A DNA stretch of 32,000 nt, from assembly GCA_015075165.1 (NCBI GenBank), contig JABTUY010000002.1, positions 875,868 to 907,867 of the forward strand, read 5' to 3'. The notes below the pieces were generated by a model that saw only the letters and a list, made by a program, of their open reading frames with translations, had not been told where the DNA came from and made no database searches. Shown in pieces: positions 18,096 through 25,485 of this stretch. A program made the translations under genes and the position numbers. The stretch comes from Ideonella sp. Its GTDB lineage: Bacteria > Pseudomonadota > Gammaproteobacteria > Burkholderiales > Burkholderiaceae_C. How positions within the stretch are numbered: position 1 is the stretch's first letter; every line of letters begins with the position of its first letter.

Positions 18096-19550
18096 GTGGC
18101 CGTACCACCGCGCAGCAACCGCGAGTTCGTCGAAGCCTGCATCGCCTCGGGCGATGCGGTGCGCATCGCACAGCAGGTCGACTGGGACAACGAGGCCGGC
18201 GCCATCGTGCGCCGCGTCTGCGAGCTGGCGGCGCCGGCGCCGTTGATGGAGAGCATCAAGGACTATCCCGGTTTCCGCTACTTCGGCGCGCCGCTGTCCA
18301 CCTACCGCCGCATGGCGATCTCGATGGGGCTTGATCCGAAGACCCCGCTGCCCGAGTTGGGCCGCGAGTACCTCAAGCGCACCAACGGCGAGCCGGTGCA
18401 GCCGGTGCTGGTCGACCGCCGCGCCGCGCCGTGCAAGGAGAACATCCTGCGCGGCAACGATGTCGACCTGTGCCGCCTGCCGGTGCCGCTGGTGCACGAC
18501 GGCGACGGTGGCCGCTACGTCGGCACCTGGCACGCGGTGATCACCAGGCACCCGGTGCGCGGCGACGTCAACTGGGGCATGTACCGCCAGATGATGTACG
18601 ACTCGCGCACGATGTCGGGCGCGGTGTTCCCGTTCTCCGACCTCGGCAAGGCGCTGAACGAGTACTACCTGCCGCGCGGCGAGACCTGTCCGTTTGCCAC
18701 CGCGATCGGCCTGTCGCCGCTGGCGGCGATGGCCGCGTGCGCGCCGTCGCCGATCCCCGAGCCCGAGCTGACCGGCATGCTGGCCGGCGAGCCGGTGAAG
18801 CTGGTGAAGTGCGAGACCAACGACCTCGAGGTGCCGGCCGACGCCGAGATCATCCTCGAGGGCGAGATCCTGCCCGACTACACGGTCGAGGAGGGGCCGT
18901 TCGGCGAGTACACCGGCTACCGCACCAGCCCGCGCTCGCCACGCGTCACGTTCCGCGTCAACTGCATTACCTACCGCAACAACGCGACGATGACGATCTC
19001 CAACATGGGCGTGCCGCAGGACGAAGGGCAGCTGCTGCGCTCGTTCTCGCTCGGCCTGGAGCTCGAGAAGCTGCTGAAGAGCCAGGGCATCCCGGTGACC
19101 GGCGTCTACATGCACCCGCGCTCGACGCACCACATGATGATCGTCGGCGTCAAGCCCACCTACGCCGGCATCGCGATGCAGATCGCGCAGCTCGCGTTCG
19201 GCTCCAAGTTGGGGCCGTGGTTCCACATGGTCATGGTGGTCGACGATCAGACCGACATCTACAACTGGGACGAGGTCTATCACGCGTTCTGCACGCGCTG
19301 CAACCCCGAGCGCGGCATCCACGTGTTCAAGAACACCACCGGCACCGCGCTGTACCCGCACGCCAGCCCGCACGACCGCCAGTACTCGATCGGCTCGCAG
19401 GTGCTGTTCGACTGTCTGTGGCCGGTGGACTGGGACAAGATCAACGACGTGCCGTCGCTGGTGTCGTTCCGCAACGTCTACCCGAAGGCAGTACAGGAGA
19501 AGGTGCTCGCCAACTGGACGAACTACGGCTTCGCGCCCACCACACGCTGA
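18096..19550 (+). CDS. ppcA: Phenylphosphate carboxylase UbiD-family subunit, 484 aa (probably alpha)
   Basis: It starts at GTG 18096 with AGGAG 9 nt upstream, in the frame of track ORF 17697..19550 (the 5' part of that ORF overlaps ppcD out of frame). UbiD motifs are present (NWGMYRQM, EGPFGEYTGYR). Confidence 0.85.
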   Translation: MAVPPRSNREFVEACIASGDAVRIAQQVDWDNEAGAIVRRVCELAAPAPLMESIKDYPGFRYFGAPLSTYRRMAISMGLDPKTPLPELGREYLKRTNGEPVQPVLVDRRAAPCKENILRGNDVDLCRLPVPLVHDGDGGRYVGTWHAVITRHPVRGDVNWGMYRQMMYDSRTMSGAVFPFSDLGKALNEYYLPRGETCPFATAIGLSPLAAMAACAPSPIPEPELTGMLAGEPVKLVKCETNDLEVPADAEIILEGEILPDYTVEEGPFGEYTGYRTSPRSPRVTFRVNCITYRNNATMTISNMGVPQDEGQLLRSFSLGLELEKLLKSQGIPVTGVYMHPRSTHHMMIVGVKPTYAGIAMQIAQLAFGSKLGPWFHMVMVVDDQTDIYNWDEVYHAFCTRCNPERGIHVFKNTTGTALYPHASPHDRQYSIGSQVLFDCLWPVDWDKINDVPSLVSFRNVYPKAVQEKVLANWTNYGFAPTTR

Positions 19551-19567
19551 AGCGAAAGGCATTCACG

Positions 19568-19822
19568 ATGAGCCAATGGGAAGTGTTCGTCACCGACCTC
19601 GCCGAGCTGGCCGAGGGGCGCGACCTGGAGCTGACGATCCGCACGCTCGAGCCGGGTATCCACAAATACACCTACAAGCGCGCCAAGGTGCGTGTCTCGG
19701 CCAAGACCGATGCGCTGCCCGACGGTCTGCAGGTGCGCTTCGGCCGTGGCCAGCTGGCGCCGCAGCGCTACTCGCTCAAGCTGCTCGAGGAGGTCGATCG
19801 CCTGCCGCCCAAGTACCGCTGA
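19568..19822 (+). CDS. ppcC: Small (84 aa, about 10 kDa) protein, candidate phenylphosphate carboxylase gamma subunit
   Basis: It starts at ATG 19568, at the tail of track ORF 18431..19822. Its size and position immediately after the large subunit match the described 10 kDa gamma subunit. I recognise no independent motif. Confidence 0.65.
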   Translation: MSQWEVFVTDLAELAEGRDLELTIRTLEPGIHKYTYKRAKVRVSAKTDALPDGLQVRFGRGQLAPQRYSLKLLEEVDRLPPKYR

Positions 19823-19843
19823 ACGCGACAGGGAGTGCTCGAC

Positions 19844-21193
19844 ATGGCGTGGCGCGACCTGCGGGCGTTTCTCGACGGGCTGGGCAGCGGCCTGCGCCGC
19901 GTGCGCGAGCCGTTCTCGCCGCGCTTCGAGATCGCCGCCGCGCTGCGCGAGGCGCGCGCCGATGCACCGGCGCTGCTGTTCGAGTCGGTCACCGGGCACC
20001 CGGGCTGGCGCGTCTGCGGCAACCTGATCGCCAGCCGCGAGCGGCTGGCGCGCGCGTTCCACACCACGCCGGACCGGCTCGCCGAGGAATACCTGCAACG
20101 CCGCCAGCGCGGCATCGAGCCGATCGGCGCTACGCAGGTGCCGGTGAAAGAGGTCGTGCTGACGCACGCCGACGACCTGCTCGGCACGCTGCCGATCCTC
20201 ACGCACCACGAGCGCGACGGCGCGCCGTACATCACCACCGGTGTCGTGCTGTGCAACGAGCCCGGCAGCGGGCGCCGCGGCATGGGAATCCACCGCATGC
20301 AGGTGCATGGTCCGCGCCGGCTCGGCCTGTTCCTGGCCAACCCGCCGCTGACGCTGTTTCACGCCGCCGCCGAGGCGCGCGGCGAGCCGCTCGAAGTGGC
20401 GGTGGCGCTGGGGCTCGAGCCGGCGCTGGTGGTGGCCGCGGTGTGCAAGGTGGGCCCGCTGGTGCCCGACAAGATGGCGATCGCCGGCGCACTGCGCGGC
20501 GAGCCGGTGCCGCTGATCCGCGGCGAGACGGTGGCGGTGGAGGTGCCCGCACGCGCCGAGGTGGTGATCGAAGGCCGCGTGCTGCCCGGCGTGCGCCAGC
20601 ACGAGGGCCCGTTCGGCGAGAACACCGGCGCCTACTTCAGCGCCGACAGCGCGGTAATCGAGGTCACCGCGGTCACGCACCGGCGCGAGCCGATCTACCC
20701 TGGCCTGACGCCGTGGGCGGCCGATGTCGACATGCTGCTGTGGCTGGCCGCCGGCACCGAGCTGCTCGGCCAGTTGCGCGCGCTGGTGGGCGACGTGGCC
20801 GATCTCGAGCTGGTCGGCGGCACCGCGGGCTTCTCGATGGTGGTGTCGGTGTCGGGTACCTCGCGCTCCGAGGTGAGGCGGCTGATCCACCTGGCGCTCG
20901 CGCTCGACAAGCGGTTGAAATGCGTGACCGTGGTCGACGACGACGTCGACATCCGCAACCCGCGCGAGGTGGCCTGGGCGATGGCCACGCGCCACCGGCC
21001 GCAGCACGACACCATCGTCATCGCCGGCACCGATGCCTACGTGATCGACCCGTCGGCCGCCGGCGCGGGCCAAGGCTCGAAAATCGGCTTCGACGCCACG
21101 CGCGGCGGCGGCGGCGCGGCGTTCGACAAGGCGCGGCTCGAGCCGCAGGCGCTGGCCAAGGCGCGCGCGGTGCTCGGCGAGTCGATGGCGTGA
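19844..21193 (+). CDS. Third UbiD-family (prFMN-dependent decarboxylase/carboxylase) paralog, 449 aa, function unknown
   Basis: It starts at ATG 19844 with GGGAG 8 nt upstream. UbiD motifs are present (GMGIHRMQV, EGPFGENTGAY). It is shorter and more divergent than ppcA/ppcB. Confidence 0.85.
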   Translation: MAWRDLRAFLDGLGSGLRRVREPFSPRFEIAAALREARADAPALLFESVTGHPGWRVCGNLIASRERLARAFHTTPDRLAEEYLQRRQRGIEPIGATQVPVKEVVLTHADDLLGTLPILTHHERDGAPYITTGVVLCNEPGSGRRGMGIHRMQVHGPRRLGLFLANPPLTLFHAAAEARGEPLEVAVALGLEPALVVAAVCKVGPLVPDKMAIAGALRGEPVPLIRGETVAVEVPARAEVVIEGRVLPGVRQHEGPFGENTGAYFSADSAVIEVTAVTHRREPIYPGLTPWAADVDMLLWLAAGTELLGQLRALVGDVADLELVGGTAGFSMVVSVSGTSRSEVRRLIHLALALDKRLKCVTVVDDDVDIRNPREVAWAMATRHRPQHDTIVIAGTDAYVIDPSAAGAGQGSKIGFDATRGGGGAAFDKARLEPQALAKARAVLGESMA

Positions 21194-21252
21194 CATGATG
21201 GCGTGAGGTGCCGGGGCAGCCGGCAGGTCTGACGGTCAACAAGAGGGTGACG

Positions 21253-21840
21253 ATGCGACTCGTGGTCGGAATGTCCGGTGCCAGCGGCGCCATCTATGGC
21301 GTGCGCATCCTCGAGGTGCTGAAGCAGCTGCAAGTCGAGACGCACCTGGTGATGTCCGACTCGGCCAAGCGCACCATCGTCTACGAAACCGATCGCAGCA
21401 TCGACGAGGTGAAGGCGCTCGCCAACCACGTGCACGAGCTGGCCGACGTCGGCGCCTGCATCTCCAGCGGCTCGTTCAAGCACGACGGCATGGTGATCGC
21501 GCCGTGCTCGATCAAGACGCTGTCGGCGCTGGCGCATTCGTTCAACACCAACCTGCTGATCCGCGCCGCCGACGTCACGCTCAAAGAGCGCCGCAAGCTC
21601 GTGTTGATGGTGCGCGAGACGCCGCTGCACCTGGGGCACCTGCGGCTGATGACGCAGGTCACCGAGACCGGCGCCGTACTGGTGCCACCGCTGCCGGCGT
21701 TCTACCACCGGCCGAAGACGCTCGACGACATCATCAACCAGTCGGTCAACAAGGCGCTCGACCAGTTCGGCGTCGATTGCAGCCTGTTCAAGCGCTGGAC
21801 CGGCAACGAAGAGCGCGAGCATGCCCGCTCGCGCGCCTGA
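21253..21840 (+). CDS. ubiX: Flavin prenyltransferase UbiX (prFMN synthase), 195 aa
   Basis: It starts at ATG 21253. The canonical UbiX/Pad1 N-terminus is present (MRLVVGMSGASGAIYGVRILEVL), along with MVIAPCSIKTLSA, LVLMVRETPLH and PAFYHRPKT. Confidence 0.9.
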   Translation: MRLVVGMSGASGAIYGVRILEVLKQLQVETHLVMSDSAKRTIVYETDRSIDEVKALANHVHELADVGACISSGSFKHDGMVIAPCSIKTLSALAHSFNTNLLIRAADVTLKERRKLVLMVRETPLHLGHLRLMTQVTETGAVLVPPLPAFYHRPKTLDDIINQSVNKALDQFGVDCSLFKRWTGNEEREHARSRA

Positions 21841-22282
21841 GCCGCCTGCGGTCGCGTCGCCGCAGGCTGCCTCGTCGCCAGCGGTGCCGGGCGCCGCCGC
21901 CTGTTTCACCGGCGTGGTGTGCAGCGGCCTCGGCGAGGGCGCGCGCTTCGTCGCGATCGACTGGGTGCAGCGCGAGATGCGGCGCGCGCTCGGCTTCGAG
22001 CCGTGGCCCGGCACCTTGAACCTGCGCATGGCCGGCACCGCGTGGCAGCGCTGGCGCCGCGCGCTGGCGCAGCGCCCGGGCATCGTGCTGCACCCGGCGG
22101 CCGGGTTTTGCGCCGCGCGCTGCTTCGCCGTGCGCCTCGACGGGCGCACAGCGGCTGCGGCGGTGATCCCCGACGTCGACGGCTACCCCGACGACAAGCT
22201 CGAACTGGTGGCGCCGCTGGCGCTGCGCGAAGCCCTGAACCTGCGCGACGGCAGCCTGGTCCGCGTCAGCTTCGACCGATGA
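21821..22282 (+). CDS. Archaeal-type CTP-dependent riboflavin kinase (DUF120/RibK) homolog
   Basis: The core GVVCSGLGEGARFVAIDWVQREMRRALGFEPWPGTLNLRM ... ELVAPLALREALNLRDGSLVRVSF is colinear with Methanocaldococcus MJ0056 as I recall it (GEVVSGLGEGRYF...LGFEPYEGTLNLKL...[23 protein letters not shown]). ATG 21821 overlaps the ubiX 3' end by 20 nt. The first 28 aa are low-complexity, so an alternative start at GTG 21884 is possible. Confidence 0.7.
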   Translation: MPARAPEPPAVASPQAASSPAVPGAAACFTGVVCSGLGEGARFVAIDWVQREMRRALGFEPWPGTLNLRMAGTAWQRWRRALAQRPGIVLHPAAGFCAARCFAVRLDGRTAAAAVIPDVDGYPDDKLELVAPLALREALNLRDGSLVRVSFDR

Positions 22283-22498
22283 GAATGAACCACTCCCGCA
22301 GCGCCTTCGGCACCTCCCCCTGCAAGGCGGCACCGTCAGCGGCCCGGCAAAGCCGGGCCTGCTGCTGGAGTCTGCAGGCGCTCAAGCCGTCAACGCCGAC
22401 GCCGGTCGGCTTGGAGCCGCGGCCTTCGCTCCGCGACGGCTCTCGGTTGCACCGGTGCAGGCATCGCGGGTCGCGCGAAGCGCTGTGGAGCAACTGAG

Positions 22499-22978
22499 TT
22501 GTCGTCCGCGCGTCCGGCACCCAGCGCTGGCCTGCCGGCCGCGACGCTGCCGCGGCTGGCCGATGGTGCGCCGGTGCTGCTGCTCAGCGCCGACCGCTGG
22601 GGCCGACCGCACGCCACCTACTCGTGGGCGGTGGCGCTCGCGCCGCGGCGGCTGTGCATCGCGGTCGACCGCGGCGGGCGCACCAGCGCCAACTGGCTGC
22701 GCAGCGGGCAGGCGGCGGTGCAGGTGATCGGCGCCGGCGGCTCGAACCTGCTGATCGGCGGCCGCGCCGTGCGTCTGCCGTGGACGCCGGTCTGCGCGCC
22801 GACGATGGAAGCCTGGCAGCTCGCGGTGCGTACCGTGCTCGACCAGGCCTGGCCGGGGGTGGTCACCAGCGCGCTGCGTTACCGCGGCAGCGGCGCTGGC
22901 GGCGCGGCGGCGCTGCGCCGCTTCGAGCGCGCGCTGTGCCGCGAGCTGCGCGACACCCCTGGCGTGGCCCGGGTTTGA
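22499..22978 (+). CDS. Hypothetical protein, 159 aa, with weak resemblance to PNPOx-like split-barrel proteins
   Basis: It starts at TTG 22499 with GGAG 8 nt upstream. It shows the strong GC3 bias typical of host genes. The pattern PVLLLSADRWGRPHATYSWAV...RLCIAVDRGGRTSANWLRSGQAAVQVIG resembles the N-terminal strands of PNPOx-family proteins. No firm motif is present. Confidence 0.45.
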   Translation: MSSARPAPSAGLPAATLPRLADGAPVLLLSADRWGRPHATYSWAVALAPRRLCIAVDRGGRTSANWLRSGQAAVQVIGAGGSNLLIGGRAVRLPWTPVCAPTMEAWQLAVRTVLDQAWPGVVTSALRYRGSGAGGAAALRRFERALCRELRDTPGVARV

Positions 22979-23017
22979 CCTTGAACAGGTTCGCCTACCG
23001 AAGCCGCGGCTATTCTG

Positions 23018-23029
23018 GTATCGCGATAC
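23018..23029. promoter_or_regulatory. Perfect 12-bp palindrome GTATCGCGATAC, a candidate operator
   Basis: It lies about 60 bp upstream of the crotonase ATG (23091), in the locally AT-richer stretch CTATTCTGGTATCGCGATACGCATTTCGG. Confidence 0.25.
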
Positions 23030-23090
23030 GCATTTCGGCCGTGCTGCAGGCCCGCAGCGCCGCCGCGGCGCGTGCAGGAGCGCGGCAACG

Positions 23091-23957
23091 ATGACGGTTT
23101 CGGCAGCATCCCCCGAAGCGGACACCCGAGCGGAGATCCCGGCGGGCAGCCCGGCGGACGCGGGGCGCGTCAGCTGCGAGCGCGTCGGCGCCGCGCTGGT
23201 CGTCACGCTGGCGCGCGGACCGGTCAACGCGATCGACGATCAACTGCTGGCCGGCCTGGACGCCGCGCTCGACGAGGCCGAGTCCGACCAGCGCATCGCG
23301 GTGCTGCACCTGCGCAGCGCGTGCAAGGTCTTCTGCGCCGGCGCCGATCTGGCGCTGATCCGCTCGTCGATCGCCACGCCGCAGGGTCGCAACCGCATGG
23401 TCGCGATCGTGCAGGACATGCAGCGCGTGTTCGCGCGCCTGGAGCGCGTGGGCTGCGTGACGATCGCCGAGCTGGGCGGCGCCAGCGTCGGCGGCGGCTT
23501 CGAGCTGGCGCTGGCGTGCGACTGGCGCATCGCCGCGCACGAAGCGCGCATCGGCCTGCCCGAGGTGGGCCTGGGCCTGCTGGCCGCGGGCGGCGGCACG
23601 CAGCGGCTGACGCGTCTGGTGGGCCCCGGCATCACGCGGCGGCTGGTGCTGGGTGGCGAGACGGTGAACGGCGTCGAAGCCGAGCGCCTCGGCCTGGTGC
23701 AGTGGAGCGTGCCGCGCGAGCAACTGGCCGAGGCGGCACGTGCGCTGGCCGCGCGCGCGGCCACCGTGCCGCGCAGCGCGCTGGCCGAGAACAAGCGTTG
23801 CATCGAGCTGGCCTGCGCGGCGCACGGCGACGGCTACGCGGCCGAGATCGCGGCCACGCGTCGGCTCTACGAACATCCCGAAACCAAGCGCCGTGTCTCG
23901 GCCTTTCTCGACAAGAGCGTCGAGCGCGGCGCTGCCAACCCCAAGGAGAAGCCATGA
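23091..23957 (+). CDS. Enoyl-CoA hydratase/isomerase (crotonase) family protein, 288 aa
   Basis: Crotonase oxyanion-hole motifs are present (KVFCAGADL, GGASVGGGFELALACDWRIA, GLPEVGLGL). Its stop overlaps the next gene's start (ATGA at 23954-23957). Confidence 0.85.
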   Translation: MTVSAASPEADTRAEIPAGSPADAGRVSCERVGAALVVTLARGPVNAIDDQLLAGLDAALDEAESDQRIAVLHLRSACKVFCAGADLALIRSSIATPQGRNRMVAIVQDMQRVFARLERVGCVTIAELGGASVGGGFELALACDWRIAAHEARIGLPEVGLGLLAAGGGTQRLTRLVGPGITRRLVLGGETVNGVEAERLGLVQWSVPREQLAEAARALAARAATVPRSALAENKRCIELACAAHGDGYAAEIAATRRLYEHPETKRRVSAFLDKSVERGAANPKEKP

Positions 23958-24703
23958 ATTCGCTGCAGAAGAAACTCGCCGTCGTGACCGGCGCCGCGTC
24001 GGGCATCGGGGCCGCGATCGCGGCCAAGCTCGCCGCCGCCGGCGCCACGGTGATCGTGGCCGACGTGCAGGCCGACAAGGGCGAAACGCGCGCCGCCACG
24101 CTGCGCGATGCCGGCCATGCGGCGCACTTCGTGCGCGTGGACATGACCGACGCCGCATCGGTCGCCGCGTTCGCGGCCGACGTGCAGTCGCGCTACGGCG
24201 TGCCCGACGTGCTGGTCAACGGCGCCGGCTGGGGCACGACGCACCCGTTCTGGGAGGGCACGCCCGAGCTGTGGGACAAAATCATCGCGTTGAACTTCGT
24301 CGGCCCGATGCGCCTGACGAAGGCGTTCGTGCAGGGCATGGTCCAGCGCGGCAGCGGCCGCATCGTCAACATCGCCAGCGATGCCGGGCGCGTGGGCAGC
24401 CTCGGTGAGACGGTGTACTCCGGCGCCAAGGGTGGCCTGATCGCGTTCACCAAGTCGCTGGCGCGTGAGGTGGCGCGCTACGGCATCAGCGTGAACTGCG
24501 TCTGCCCCGGCCCGACCGATACGCCGCTGATGGCCGCCGTGCCCGAGAAGGTGACCGAGGCGCTGAAGAAGGCGATCCCGCTGCGCCGCCTGGGCAAGCC
24601 CGAGGAGGTGGCCGACGCGGTGGTGTTCTTCTCCGGCGACGGCGCGAGCTATGTCACCGGGCAGGTGCTGAGCGTGAGCGGTGGTCTTACGATGGCCGGG
24701 TGA
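23954..24703 (+). CDS. Short-chain dehydrogenase/reductase, BadH-like (candidate 2-hydroxycyclohexanecarboxyl-CoA dehydrogenase type), 249 aa
   Basis: It starts at ATG 23954 with AAGGAG upstream. SDR motifs are present (TGAASGIG, NGAGW, YSGAKGG, i.e. YxxxK). The C-terminus YVTGQVLSVSGGLTMAG and the block IVNIASDAGRVGS...VNCVCPGPTDTPL match what I recall of the BadH family. Substrate is unproven. Confidence 0.85.
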   Translation: MNSLQKKLAVVTGAASGIGAAIAAKLAAAGATVIVADVQADKGETRAATLRDAGHAAHFVRVDMTDAASVAAFAADVQSRYGVPDVLVNGAGWGTTHPFWEGTPELWDKIIALNFVGPMRLTKAFVQGMVQRGSGRIVNIASDAGRVGSLGETVYSGAKGGLIAFTKSLAREVARYGISVNCVCPGPTDTPLMAAVPEKVTEALKKAIPLRRLGKPEEVADAVVFFSGDGASYVTGQVLSVSGGLTMAG

Positions 24704-24932
24704 GGCTGGGCTTTCGAGATGACACCGCTGCGAAGCGCGCTGAGGTCGGCTGATGGCCTTGCCGCCGTCGGTTGGGCGACTGGCGGGCGGAGCGCTTTGG
24801 TGTGCTTGACTTGTTCGGCGTGCGCAGGTGCGGCGCGGCGCGCTGGGCGATGCTCGGTGTGGGCTCATGATGTCGCGGTCTCCGCTTCGCTCCGACTTCG
24901 CTGCGATGCTCGCGCGACAGGGGCGGCTGCGT

Positions 24933-24958
24933 GCCCTGGCGCTTGCAAGCGCCAGGGC
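24933..24958. repeat. Perfect 26-bp palindrome (GCCCTGGCGC TTGCAA GCGCCAGGGC), a REP-like hairpin
   Basis: Read directly from the sequence. It is not followed by a T-tract, so it is not a canonical intrinsic terminator. Confidence 0.8.
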
Positions 24959-24968
24959 GTTCGCCAGG

Positions 24969-24999
24969 CGTGTGCCAGTCCGCAGGGGACTGGCACACG
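24969..24999. repeat. Perfect 13-bp-stem hairpin (CGTGTGCCAGTCC GCAGG GGACTGGCACACG), REP-like
   Basis: Read directly from the sequence. It lies 10 bp after the previous palindrome. Confidence 0.8.
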
Positions 25000-25195
25000 T
25001 CCGGGCTCACTACCGCCGTCCGCAGCCCTGAACGGGCTGCGAACTTCACGGCGTCCTCGCCGGTCCGTCCGCTGCGCGGCCGGACTTCCCCCTGCCGCGC
25101 TGCGCTGCTCGCCGCGCCAGAAATCGCCCACCCCGGGCACCGCCCACCGCGCAGAACCCCTCAGGCTGTTCGACGACGCATGCCACGGTGGAGCC

Positions 25196-25441
25196 TGCAA
25201 AGCCGCGGGCGGGTGTGCGCCGGCAGCGACATATGCGGCGCCGGGCAGCGCAGAGCGCATGGCCGCGCGCACGCAGTGCGCGCTACGTGTTCTGACTCGC
25301 GGCGACTGTCCGAGCACAGCGAACGAAGTGAGCGCAGCGAGTTTCGCCGCGGGCCATGCGATCGAGCAGCGCAGGGAACCCCTCGCGCAGCGAGGGGCTG
25401 CCGCATTCGAGCGCCGGCGCATACCCGCCCGCGGCTTTGCA
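25196..25441. repeat. Inverted-repeat pair (29 bp arms, 28/29 match) enclosing 188 bp; MITE-like or long-stem structure
   Basis: The left arm is 25196..25224 (TGCAAAGCCGCGGGCGGGTGTGCGCCGGC). The right arm is 25413..25441, whose reverse complement is TGCAAAGCCGCGGGCGGGTATGCGCCGGC. Gapped similarity extends outward to about 25178 and 25461. Confidence 0.7.
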
Positions 25442-25485
25442 CGCGCGGTCCACCGCATGCCAACCGCAAAGCAGGAGCCGCACAA

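Noticed and set aside
23016-23031. TGGTATCGCGATACGC as a sigma54 promoter for the crotonase operon
   Set aside because: GG-N10 lands on CG rather than GC. The sequence is better explained as a 12-bp palindromic operator.
24991-25006. TGGCAC inside the second hairpin as a sigma54 -24 element
   Set aside because: The dinucleotide 10 nt after the GG is GG rather than GC, there is no TTGC-like -12 element, and the hexamer is simply one arm of a perfect palindrome.
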